This document shows positions 10,148-19,282 of a DNA stretch of 64,000 nucleotides, in pieces. The notes below the pieces were generated by a model. The model did not search any database. It was not told the DNA's origin and saw only the letters and a program-made list of their open reading frames with translations. The position numbers and the translations under genes were made by a program. The stretch is from an uncultured delta proteobacterium (GTDB taxonomy: Bacteria; Myxococcota; Myxococcia; Myxococcales; Myxococcaceae), in contig CAVZMH010000022.1 in NCBI GenBank assembly GCA_963776345.1, positions 96,001 through 160,000 on the forward strand, written 5' to 3'. Within the stretch, counting starts at the first letter, position 1. Each line of letters opens with the position of its first letter.

Positions 10148-12087
10148 GGCGGGGTCCCCACGCAGCGAGTCAGGTAATCCGGATCGCTGATCAGGAGGTT
10201 GGGCGGGAGGAACGCCGCGTCGTCCACCTGGATGTCGGGACCCGCGGGCACGCGGATGCCGGAGGGGTCGTACTGCGCCCAGGCGCAGGCTGCCTTCCAC
10301 ACTCCGTAGTCGGACGACACGGCGCTCTCCGGGGCCTCGGCGAACCAGACCTTGAACAGATTGTATCCCGCCTGCGCTGCGCCCACGCCGTTCGGCGGAG
10401 TCACCAGCTCGAGGTTGCTCACCACGTAGTCGTAGCAGACGCTGCCGTCGGGCTGCACCTCCGCCGAGCTGGTGTACTGCACGGCGGCGAGGTCGTAGAG
10501 GTTGCGGTCAGGTCGGGTGGGGTCGGTGCCGGCGCGGATCTCCTCGTCGTCCGCGATGCCGTCGTTGTCGGTGTCGACGTTGTAGTTGCGGGTCAGCGGA
10601 TCCAGCCCGTAGAGAGCCTCCAGCCCGTCGGGGATGCCGTCGCCGTCCGAGTCCACCAGCCCGGCCCGGGTCTTGAGGTAGGCCTCGGCGAACTGGCTCA
10701 GCCCGTCCCCGTCGGTGTCCCGGCAGACGCAGTTGCGGGTGAGCGGAGAGGCCGGGTCGCAGCCGCGGATGTCCTTCTTGCCGGCGGCGAAGCCCAGGTC
10801 GGAGTGGATGACCTCGAAGTGGTCGTCGAAGCAGTCGCCATCGGAGTCGCCGATGAACTGGTTGCTGCCGTTGACGAAGGGCTGGTCCTGGTCGTCCTTG
10901 AGGCCGTCCCCGTCGCTGTCCACCGCCCTCCCGTTCCCGTTGGGCACGCTGCGCAGGGAGCGGACGATCAGCGACTTGAGCACGTTCTTGCTGGCCAGCG
11001 AGGTGTAGTCCAGCGCGCCCAGCCCCAGGTTCTGGATGTCCTGGTTGCGGAACTCCTGGAACACGCCGTTGCCGCGGGCCGCCAGCTGCTGGAGCAGCCA
11101 GCGCGCCACCTGCCGCGCGGCGAGCGGGTAATCCGCCGGCGCGGTGTTGGGGTACACGCCGTAGATGTCCTGGCAGAGCAGGCCGATCGCGTTGCAGGTG
11201 GCCACGCCCTGGTCGCTGAAGAGCAGCACGGTGTGCAGCCGGATGTCGCCCACGTTGTACGCGGGCTTCAGCGACATCAGCTGATCGACGTAGCTGAAGA
11301 TCTGGTAGTTCTGGTTGCGGTCGGTGCCCGGGACGAAGCCGTCGATGGCGTCGGTGCCCTGGGCGTCGGTGAGGTTGCAGTAGTCGGGCAGCGAGTCCGC
11401 CCAGATGAGCTCCGGGTTGTTCGGGTCCGCGTACTGGCTGAGGTTGTCGTTGGCCGAGCAGCGGGGATACGGCGTTCCGTCGGTGAGCAGCACCACCACG
11501 TAGCGGGTCCGCGGCAGCAGCTGCGGATTGGTGGTGTTGGTGTCGGCGATGTCCGAGGCGATGACGCCGTAGGCGTAGGACAGGGCTCCCTGGAAGTCGG
11601 TGCCCTTGCCCAGCTCGGCCTGGAGGTTCTGGAGGTAGGTGTCGATGCCGATGGGACGGGCGAAGCGCTGCCCGGTGGCCACCGGGGGCCAGACGTTCTT
11701 CACGTTGGTGTCCCAGGGGACGATGCTCACCTGGACGTTGGGCTGGGCCGCGAACTGCTGGGTGAGCGCCTGCAGCGCCCTGACCCGGGCCGGCGTCTGG
11801 ATCCCCACCGCGGTCGCGAACTGCTCGCAGAGGCCGGCGGTGCCCTGGCTGCCCGGAGGGTCGCTGATGCACATCGACCCGGACTGGTCGACCAGCATCA
11901 CCACCTTCACCGGGAAGCCGTTGGGGTCCGGGGGATCGGTGCACACCCGGCCGCGCACGCTGAGGTGATCGTCGAGCGCGTTGACCTGCGTCGCGGTCTT
12001 CTCCAGCGAGGCGCCGCTACAGGACGACAGCACCACGGCGAGCATCAAGCTCGCCGTGGTGGGGAACAACGGGGATTTCGAGTTCAC
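10144..12087 (-). CDS. mtsD: MtsD-like VWA + Ca-binding repeat lipoprotein
   Basis: VLSSC lipobox, FPVKVVMLVDQSGS MIDAS, LLTDG, DSDGDG repeats; directly follows mtsC. Confidence 0.7.
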   Translation of the reverse strand: MNSKSPLFPTTASLMLAVVLSSCSGASLEKTATQVNALDDHLSVRGRVCTDPPDPNGFPVKVVMLVDQSGSMCISDPPGSQGTAGLCEQFATAVGIQTPARVRALQALTQQFAAQPNVQVSIVPWDTNVKNVWPPVATGQRFARPIGIDTYLQNLQAELGKGTDFQGALSYAYGVIASDIADTNTTNPQLLPRTRYVVVLLTDGTPYPRCSANDNLSQYADPNNPELIWADSLPDYCNLTDAQGTDAIDGFVPGTDRNQNYQIFSYVDQLMSLKPAYNVGDIRLHTVLLFSDQGVATCNAIGLLCQDIYGVYPNTAPADYPLAARQVARWLLQQLAARGNGVFQEFRNQDIQNLGLGALDYTSLASKNVLKSLIVRSLRSVPNGNGRAVDSDGDGLKDDQDQPFVNGSNQFIGDSDGDCFDDHFEVIHSDLGFAAGKKDIRGCDPASPLTRNCVCRDTDGDGLSQFAEAYLKTRAGLVDSDGDGIPDGLEALYGLDPLTRNYNVDTDNDGIADDEEIRAGTDPTRPDRNLYDLAAVQYTSSAEVQPDGSVCYDYVVSNLELVTPPNGVGAAQAGYNLFKVWFAEAPESAVSSDYGVWKAACAWAQYDPSGIRVPAGPDIQVDDAAFLPPNLLISDPDYLTRCVGTPP

Positions 12088-12148
12088 GTTCCTGGGAGTC
12101 GGATCGATGGGTTGAGCTAGAAATCCCCCCCGGGGAGCCGAGGCCGGC

Positions 12149-13463
12149 CTACTGCCGGCGGCGGCGGACGAGCAGGCCGAGGGCGGCCAGGGCCAGGCCG
12201 GCGGCGGGAGCGCCGAAGGGAAGCGCGGTGCAGCCGCTGCCGTTGGAGCTGCTGGGCTGGACCTTGACCGTGAGGGCCGCGGTGGACTGGCTCACCCCGG
12301 GGTAGCGGGCGTCCGGAGTCACCATCTTCGCGGTGAGCTGGATGGTGTAGTCGCCGTCCGAGTCCGGGGTGAAGGTCGGCTTGCCCGACGCTGTCGGCGT
12401 ACGCGTAGCTCCAGTGGCGGCTGACGCTGGCCACGCCGATGGGGTTGTTGACCGCGGCGGACGAGCCGGCCGGCCGGGCAGAGACGGTCCAGGTGTAGCT
12501 GATGCCGACGTTGTTCCGGTTGGCGAACAGCGGCAGCCGGAGCGCCTCGCCGCGCTTGAGGGTGATGCTGCCACCGGCGCTCACCGCGAAGGCCGCGTTG
12601 GGGTCGAGGCAGGCGTTGGGGTTGGACGGGTCGATGACCACGCAGTAGCGCGGGTCGCAGGCGTCGCCCACGCCGTCGCCGTCGTCGTCGCGCTGGTCAG
12701 CGTTGGCGACGGTGGGGCAGTTGTCCTGGGCGTTCAGCACGCCGTCGTTGTCGATGTCCTTGTCGCAGGCGTCACCGATGCCGTCGTTGTCGGTGTCCTT
12801 CTGGTCGGGGTTGGCGACGGTGGGGCAGTTGTCGCGGGCGTCGTCCACGCCGTCACCGTCGGTGTCCACCACGCACTGCTGGCCGGGGATGCTGAGCGGA
12901 TTGCTCGCGTCGGCGATGCGGGGGCAGTGGTCCTGGGCATCCGGCACGCCGTCGTTGTCGTCGTCGGGGTCGCAGGCGTCGCCGATGCCGTCCTTGTCGG
13001 TGTCGAGCTGGTCGGCGTTGGGGATGGTGGGGCAGTTGTCCTGGGCGTTGGCGATGCCGTCGCCGTCCTTGTCGTCGTCGCAGGCGTCGCCCTTGCCGTC
13101 GCCGTCGGTGTCGCGCTGGTCGGGGTTGGCGACCGTCGGGCAGTTGTCGCAGGCGTCGCCCACGCCGTCACCGTCGCCGTCGGCCTGGTCGCGGTTGGCG
13201 ACGAAGGGGCAGTTGTCGAAGCCGTCGGACTTGCCGTCGCCGTCGGCGTCGTCGGTGTAGCTGAGCGTCTTGCCGTCGTCGGTGTAGCTCACCCACACCG
13301 AGCAGCCGCAGCCACAGCCACAGCCGCCGCCCTGTTCCTGGGGCGTGCCGCACTGGGAGCCGAGACATTCGGGGTTGTCACTGTTCTGCGCCAACGCCGG
13401 CACGGCCCACGCGAGCGTGAGGCCGACCACCAGCGAACCAATCCATCGTGCGTTCTTCATCAT
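12149..13463 (-). CDS. mtsC: MtsC-like thrombospondin type-3 repeat protein with MYXO-CTERM, copy 1 (frameshift at 12384-12386)
   Basis: Sec signal, CGCGCGC motif, DNCPxVANxDQxDxDGDGxGDACD repeats, C-terminal GCTALPFGAPAAGLALAALGLLVRRRRQ in a second frame. Confidence 0.75.
12155..13409. repeat. Direct repeat copy A (about 1.25 kb), near-identical to 15481-16740
   Basis: By-eye alignment gives about 8 substitutions plus a 6-nt indel. Confidence 0.95.
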
Positions 13464-13497
13464 TTCAATCCCTTCCGCAGGAGCGAGGGAGCAAGGA

Positions 13498-13513
13498 AGC
13501 AAGAGGCGCGCCG
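13498..13513 (-). promoter_or_regulatory. sigma54 -24/-12 promoter for mtsC copy 1
   Basis: CGGCGCGCCTCTTGCT, GG-N10-GC spacing, about 35 nt upstream of the ATG. Confidence 0.6.
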
Positions 13514-13644
13514 CTCGTCCGGGTCCGAAAAAACCGCTGTGTTCGTGGAAGTTGCGCTCGTCGCGCCGCTCCAGAAGGTGTGGGTGTGGGGTCGGGCCCC
13601 CTCTGAGTCCGTGGGGTGAGCCCCCCGCCGGTCCTGGATCAGGA

Positions 13645-15234
13645 TCATCGGCCCACCACGAAGGCATCCGGAGTGAGGCTGATCGTCCCCGGCGGGTTCT
13701 TGGTGTTGGGCGGGGAGAAGACCACCCGCTGCTCGAAGGTCTCGGCGATGCCCACGCCGTGCGGGTCGTTGGACCGGCCGGACTGGAAGTACAGGATGAT
13801 GTCGTTGGTGCCCGCGGGGATGATGTTGCCCAGCGGGTCGGGCCGGGCCTGCGTCGCGACCAGCGACACGTTGGTCGCGCGCACGTGGTAGCAGGCGCGG
13901 CCGTCGGCGGTCGGGTTGGCGTCGCTCACCTGCACCACGTAGCCCCGGTCGGCGCGGTACTCGCCGTCGTTGCTCAAGGGGTCGGTGTGGCCCGTGACCT
14001 CGTCGGCGTTGGAGGCGCCGTCGCGGTCGGTGTCGGTCAGGTCCTCGGGGACCAGCGGGTTGGTCCGGGACATCACCTCGACGAAGTCGCTGAGGCCGTC
14101 CCCGTCGGTGTCGGCCACGCAGGGGTCGGTCCCGATGACCCGCTCCTCGCACTCGTTGAGGAGGTCGGCGTCGTCGTCCAGGAACTTGTTGCACTGGATG
14201 ACGCCGGAGATGTCGTCCTTCAGGGGGTCCAGCCCCGCGGCGCGCTCGAGCCCGTCGCCGAGCCCGTCGCCGTCGGTGTCCGGGTTGAGCGGGTCGGTGC
14301 CGATCGCCTTCTCCTCGTCGTCGGACAGCCCGTCGCCGTCCGAGTCGACCAGCTGCTGGCCGGCGCGAGCGAGCGCGTTCCGGTTGAAGGCGAAGAAGCG
14401 CTTGATGGTGAGATCGCGCTGCACCGAGGCGAAGCTGACGCCGCCCAGCACCGCGTCCAGCGTCTGGTCGTTCGCGGTGCGCGGGGTGGTGCCGCCACCC
14501 GCGGTGGAGATGACGGTGTCCTGATCCACCACCGCCTGATCCGGACCGGGCGGGTTGTCGAAGATGTAGATGGGCTGGATGCTGACCTGGCCGGCGCCGT
14601 ACTGCTGCTCCAGCGCCTTGATCTCGCCGGTCACCTCGTTGAGCTCGCACTTGGAGCAATCCAGCGAGGTGGGCAGCACCGTGCACTGGGTGGCCAGCCC
14701 GGCGTTCAGCGCGGGGTAGTCGCAGCTGGTGTCCGCGGAGGCCTGGAGCATGACGATCAGGTACCGGGTGCGGTTCACCGATCCGCGGCAGGCGGTCTGC
14801 ATGTCACCGGAGAGGATGCTCTTGGCCAGCTTGAGCGCGCTCCGCATGCTCACCGGCCCCACCTGCTGGAAGGCGGGGTAGTTCAGGAGCTGCCCCAGCA
14901 TCTGCGTTCCGTCCACGAAGGTGCCCTGCAGACCCTGGGCGGTCACGTGGTACGCGGCCAGCGCGAACTTCACGTTGGTGCCGGCGCGCTGCGCGGCGTT
15001 CTGGATGCTGGTGACGATCGCCCCCACGGTCGAGGTCGGCACGGTGTTCCCGCCCTCGACCAGGAAGAGGACCTTCACCGGGAAGGTGTCGCCGGTCGCC
15101 AGGGGCACGCAGACGTCGCCTTCGAAGGCGGTGCGATCCGGCCCCGGGATGCCGCTCCCCTGAAGCGCGTAGACGCCCGCGTCGGTGCAGGCGGCGCTGG
15201 AGATCAGAAGAACGAGTGCGAGGAGCCTGCGCAT
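13645..15234 (-). CDS. VWA-like + Ca-binding repeat lipoprotein (MtsB by position), degenerate MIDAS
   Basis: SSAAC lipobox, FPVKVLFLVEGGNT where paralogs have DxSxS, DSDGDG/DTDGDG repeats. Confidence 0.8.
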   Translation of the reverse strand: MRRLLALVLLISSAACTDAGVYALQGSGIPGPDRTAFEGDVCVPLATGDTFPVKVLFLVEGGNTVPTSTVGAIVTSIQNAAQRAGTNVKFALAAYHVTAQGLQGTFVDGTQMLGQLLNYPAFQQVGPVSMRSALKLAKSILSGDMQTACRGSVNRTRYLIVMLQASADTSCDYPALNAGLATQCTVLPTSLDCSKCELNEVTGEIKALEQQYGAGQVSIQPIYIFDNPPGPDQAVVDQDTVISTAGGGTTPRTANDQTLDAVLGGVSFASVQRDLTIKRFFAFNRNALARAGQQLVDSDGDGLSDDEEKAIGTDPLNPDTDGDGLGDGLERAAGLDPLKDDISGVIQCNKFLDDDADLLNECEERVIGTDPCVADTDGDGLSDFVEVMSRTNPLVPEDLTDTDRDGASNADEVTGHTDPLSNDGEYRADRGYVVQVSDANPTADGRACYHVRATNVSLVATQARPDPLGNIIPAGTNDIILYFQSGRSNDPHGVGIAETFEQRVVFSPPNTKNPPGTISLTPDAFVVGR

Positions 15235-15355
15235 GCGTTGGAGAGTGCGGAGTGTAGCCTCTGGCGCGCGCCGCGGATCGTCCGTGGATCTTTCCACCAT
15301 CGTCCGGCGTGCCCGAATCGTGCGCGCCGGTGCGACACGTCCCCACGTCGAGCCG

Positions 15356-15400
15356 AAAAAAAAACCCGCCACGGGGAGCGGGGGACTCTCCGTGGCGAGT
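15356..15400 (-). terminator. Rho-independent terminator after mtsC copy 2
   Basis: Minus strand CGCCACGGAGAG-loop-CTCCCCGTGGCG followed by GG and a T9 tract. Confidence 0.8.
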
Positions 15401-15474
15401 GGACTCCGGAGCCGCTCGGGACGCGGCGCGAAAGGGGAGTCAGTTGTCCCGATCGGTCTCCGGAGTCCTGCTTC

Positions 15475-16786
15475 TCAGGAACGGCGGCGGCGGACGAGCA
15501 GGCCGAGGGCGGCCAGGGCCAGGCCGGCGGCGGGAGCGCCGAAGGGAAGCGCGGTGCAGCCGCTGCCGTTGGAGCTGCTGGGCTGGACCTTGACCGTGAG
15601 GGCCGCGGTGGACTGGCTCACCCCGGGGTAGCGGGCGTCCGGAGTCACCATCTTCGCGGTGAGCTGGATGGTGTAGTCGCCGTCCGAGTCGGGGGTGAAG
15701 GTCGGCTTGCCCGACGCTGTCGGCGTACGCGTAGCTCCAGTGGCGGCTGACGCTGGCCACGCCGATGGGGTTGTTGACCGCGGCGGACGAGCCGGCCGGC
15801 CGGGCGGAGACGGTCCAGCTGTAGCTGATGCCGACGTTGTTCCGGTTGGCGAACAGCGGCAGCCGGAGCGCCTCGCCGCGCTTGAGGGTGATGCTGCCGC
15901 CGGCGCTCACCGCGAAGGCCGCGTTGGGGTCGAGGCAGGCGTTGGGGTTGGACGGGTCGATGACCACGCAGTAGCGCGGGTCGCAGACGTCGCCCACGCC
16001 GTCGCCGTCGTCGTCGCGCTGGTCAGCGTTGGCGACGGTGGGGCAGTTGTCCTGGGCGTTCAGCACGCCGTCGTTGTCGATGTCCTTGTCGCAGGCGTCA
16101 CCGATGCCGTCGTTGTCGGTGTCCTTCTGGTCGGGGTTGGCGACGGTGGGGCAGTTGTCGCGGGCGTCGTCCACGCCGTCACCGTCGGTGTCCACCACGC
16201 ACTGCTGGCCGGGGATGCTGAGCGGATTGCTCGCGTCGGCGATGCGGGGGCAGTGGTCCTGGGCATCCGGCACGCCGTCGTTGTCGTCGTCGGGGTCGCA
16301 GGCGTCGCCGATGCCGTCCTTGTCGGTGTCGAGCTGGTCGGCGTTGGGGATGGTGGGGCAGTTGTCCTGGGCGTTGGCGATGCCGTCGCCGTCCTTGTCG
16401 TCGTCGCAGGCGTCGCCCTTGCCGTCGCCGTCGGTGTCGCGCTGGTCGGGGTTGGCGACCGCCGGGCAGTTGTCGCAGGCGTCGCCCACGCCGTCACCGT
16501 CGCCGTCGGCCTGGTCGCGGTTGGCGACGAAGGGGCAGTTGTCGAAGCCGTCGGACTTGCCGTCGCCGTCGGCGTCGTCGGTGTAGCTGAGCGTCTTGCC
16601 GTCGTCGGTGTAGCTCACCCACACCGAGCAACCGCAGCCACAGCCACAGCCACAGCCGCCGCCCTGTTCCTGGGGCGTGCCGCACTGGGTGCCGAGACAT
16701 TCGGGGTTGTCACTGTTCTGCGCCAACGCCGGCACGGCCCAGAGCAGGCCCAGGCCGACCACGAGGCTTCCGAGAATTCGGGTCAT
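15475..16786 (-). CDS. mtsC: MtsC-like thrombospondin type-3 repeat protein with MYXO-CTERM, copy 2 (frameshift at 15710-15712)
   Basis: As copy 1 but with a different signal peptide start (MTRILGSLVVGLGLLW), one more GC dipeptide and a VRRRRS* end; GAGGAG RBS. Confidence 0.75.
15481..16740. repeat. Direct repeat copy B, near-identical to 12155-13409
   Basis: Offset 3326-3332 nt from copy A. Confidence 0.95.
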
Positions 16787-16814
16787 GTCAGACGATCTCC
16801 TCATCCTCCTCGCT

Positions 16815-16830
16815 AGCAACGAGCGATCCA
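16815..16830 (-). promoter_or_regulatory. sigma54 -24/-12 promoter for mtsC copy 2
   Basis: TGGATCGCTCGTTGCT, GG-N10-GC spacing, upstream of the RBS. Confidence 0.6.
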
Positions 16831-17029
16831 GGGACCGCCGGTGGAGCGAAACGCCGGGAATGCGGGGAGTTGATGGATCGCGCGGCGGTGGGCAGGCGTG
16901 GGCTGTGGCGCCGGCTCCGGGGCTCCGCTCCACACCTGCTCGACGCCGCGCAGCCCCGGGACGCGGGCCTCAGCCCCCCGCACCAGGGGGACGCCCGCGG
17001 AGCGGCGCAGGGGCGCCGCGCATCCCGGC

Positions 17030-19282
17030 TCAGAGCGTCAGGAGGTACGCGAGCAGGTCGGCCTTCTCCTGCGACTGGAGGGCGGCGGCGTCGCCGTGCG
17101 GCGGCGCGGAGTACCGGTCGATCATCGCCCGCAGCGGCACCCGGTCGGACACCACGGCCCGGCCGCTCTCCTCCCGGAAGCCGGCCAGCCCGGTGGTGAG
17201 CATGGGGAACACGTCCCAGCTGCCGACCAGCGAGGGAACGCCCACGCCCCGAAACACCGTTTCCTGATCTCCCGTTCGCAGCGGGAACGCGCGCGGGGTG
17301 CCCACGTCGATGAAGTGCCCCCGCGTCGACAGCTCCTGGTCGGTGGTGAAGAGAGGCGGGGGATGGCAGCGGACGCAGTCGGCCTTCCCCTCGAAGAGCC
17401 GCATCCCCTCCAGCGGCCGGCCGGTGCCTCCGCCCGGGAGGGCGACCGAGGCCGGTGGCGCGCCGTCCGGACCCCGGTACGGGTTCGGCAGGTTGGTCAC
17501 GGTCGCGCTGAAGAGTGTGAGCTGCCGGACCTCGGACTCGGTCAGGGTGGGGTTCAGGTAGCGGTTCCGGTCGCCGACCATCCGGGCGGTCTCGGCGAGG
17601 CTGAACGTGCTCGCCGGCGTGAAGTACGGCGGCGTCTCGCGCGCGCCTCGCACCGAGGGGCTCCGGTAGATGCGCAAGGGGTGGGTCTTCTCGAAGAGGA
17701 TGCCCTCGTCATGGCCCTCGGGGTGGCAGCTGTCGCAGCTCATCCCGCTCCGGCCCATGTCCGCGAAGTAGAGCACCTGGCCCAGGCGGCGCTCCCGCGG
17801 GCCGATGGACCGCTCGAGCGGGATCTGCCGGATCACCCGCGGGTGCTGGGTCCGGACGTCCTCCACCACCGCCACCGTCCCGGTGAACCGGTCGAGCACG
17901 TAGAGCTGGGTGCCGGTGGCGGACAGCGCGAGCGCCCGCGGGCCCGAGTGCAGCTCCACCCCGGCCCGGCCGTTCACCCCGTAGTCCGCGGCGTCGCGCG
18001 CCAGAGGGAACTCGGGAGGCGGGAGCACCGGGAGCCGCCACAGCTCGGCCTTGCGCGCGCGGTCGTCGCCGCCGGCGAGCGCGGCCGCGTCGACCGCCCG
18101 GACCAGCCCCAGCGCGGTGTCGGCGACGTAGAGCCTCGCGGTGTCCTCGTCGAACGCCATGCCCTCGGTGACCCCGGCGCCGAACCCGAGGTGCCGCTCG
18201 AAGCGCCGCGCCCCGAGGTCGACCACCCCGACCCCGCCGTTCATCGAGACCTCCATCCGCTGGGGGTTGGGTCCGATGTTGGGTCCGATGCTGGTGACGA
18301 ACAGCTTCCCCAGCCGCACCGCCCAGAGCAGCGACCGCGGCGCCTTGCCGCCCATCACGTCGCGGGCGTGGGGCTCGGTGTGCCCGCCGACGATGGCCGT
18401 GCCCGGCCTCGGCCCGATGGACGGGGTGGCGCGCCCGTCGTCGAGCCACAGCGCCTCGAGCTCGCCGCTGCCCTGGCTCCCCACCACCACTGCGGCCCCG
18501 GCGAGGGCGAGCGGCTTCGGGTCGGGCAGCACCTCCCTCCGCCAGAGCTCGCGGCCGTCCTCCATCGAGAGTGCGCGCACCGTGTTCTCCACCGTCTCGG
18601 CGACGACCAGCAGCCGCCGGCGGGCGTCCACCACCAGGCCCGTGGCGTAGGCGGGCGCGGGGAGGGTGCGAAGCACGGCGCCGGTCGCGCCGTCGAGGAT
18701 CCACAGCTCGGGCGCCCAGGCGTGCGCGACGGCCAGACGCGGCGACCCGTCGGGCTCGGTCCAGGCCGCGAGCGCCGAGGGCCCGTCGCCGGCGGGGAAG
18801 CGCGAGACCTCCCCCTTCACCGGGTCGACGCGGACCAGGGTGTCCGTGGTCGGCGAGCTGGCCCACAGCACGTCCCCCGCCCGGACCAGCAGCGTGTAGT
18901 CGGCGAACCCTGCGTCGTTCACCACCGTGAGCCCGACCCCGGAGCGGCTGCGCTGTCCTTCCACCGAGAGCACCGCCGTGACCTGTGGCGTCTCCGCCGG
19001 CAGCGCCAGGTCCGCGGGGAGCCGCGCGTAGGCGTGCCGCGCGTCCACCACCGTCATCGGCACCGTGCGGTCGAACGGCGCCGAGAGCCGGAGCTTCATC
19101 CCCCGGCGGAGGTTCTCGCCGTAGAGCGACACCGGCTGCGCGGTCTGGTTGCTCACCACGCGCGGGCCGACGTCGGTCAGGCGGCCCTCGGGCCGGCGCA
19201 GCTGGATCTGCCAGACGATGCCGGCCACGAGCGCCAGGAGGGCGAAGCTCCCGGCCAGCAGCGCTGAGCGGCGGCGGCTCAC
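17030..19282 (-). CDS. mtsA: MtsA-like protein: N-terminal TM, YncE-type beta-propeller, di-haem cytochrome c peroxidase-like domain
   Basis: Two CxxCH motifs (CDSCH, CVRCH), RSPSVRG and VPSLVG CcP-like motifs; GTGA overlap with the activator stop. Confidence 0.65.
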   Translation of the reverse strand: MSRRRSALLAGSFALLALVAGIVWQIQLRRPEGRLTDVGPRVVSNQTAQPVSLYGENLRRGMKLRLSAPFDRTVPMTVVDARHAYARLPADLALPAETPQVTAVLSVEGQRSRSGVGLTVVNDAGFADYTLLVRAGDVLWASSPTTDTLVRVDPVKGEVSRFPAGDGPSALAAWTEPDGSPRLAVAHAWAPELWILDGATGAVLRTLPAPAYATGLVVDARRRLLVVAETVENTVRALSMEDGRELWRREVLPDPKPLALAGAAVVVGSQGSGELEALWLDDGRATPSIGPRPGTAIVGGHTEPHARDVMGGKAPRSLLWAVRLGKLFVTSIGPNIGPNPQRMEVSMNGGVGVVDLGARRFERHLGFGAGVTEGMAFDEDTARLYVADTALGLVRAVDAAALAGGDDRARKAELWRLPVLPPPEFPLARDAADYGVNGRAGVELHSGPRALALSATGTQLYVLDRFTGTVAVVEDVRTQHPRVIRQIPLERSIGPRERRLGQVLYFADMGRSGMSCDSCHPEGHDEGILFEKTHPLRIYRSPSVRGARETPPYFTPASTFSLAETARMVGDRNRYLNPTLTESEVRQLTLFSATVTNLPNPYRGPDGAPPASVALPGGGTGRPLEGMRLFEGKADCVRCHPPPLFTTDQELSTRGHFIDVGTPRAFPLRTGDQETVFRGVGVPSLVGSWDVFPMLTTGLAGFREESGRAVVSDRVPLRAMIDRYSAPPHGDAAALQSQEKADLLAYLLTL

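Noticed and set aside
12650..13260. Internal DNA repeats as a CRISPR array or VNTR
   Set aside because: They encode TSP3 repeats; there is no repeat-spacer structure and no cas gene
12155..16740. mtsC copies as a DGR template/variable pair
   Set aside because: No reverse transcriptase in the window, and the differences are not adenine-specific
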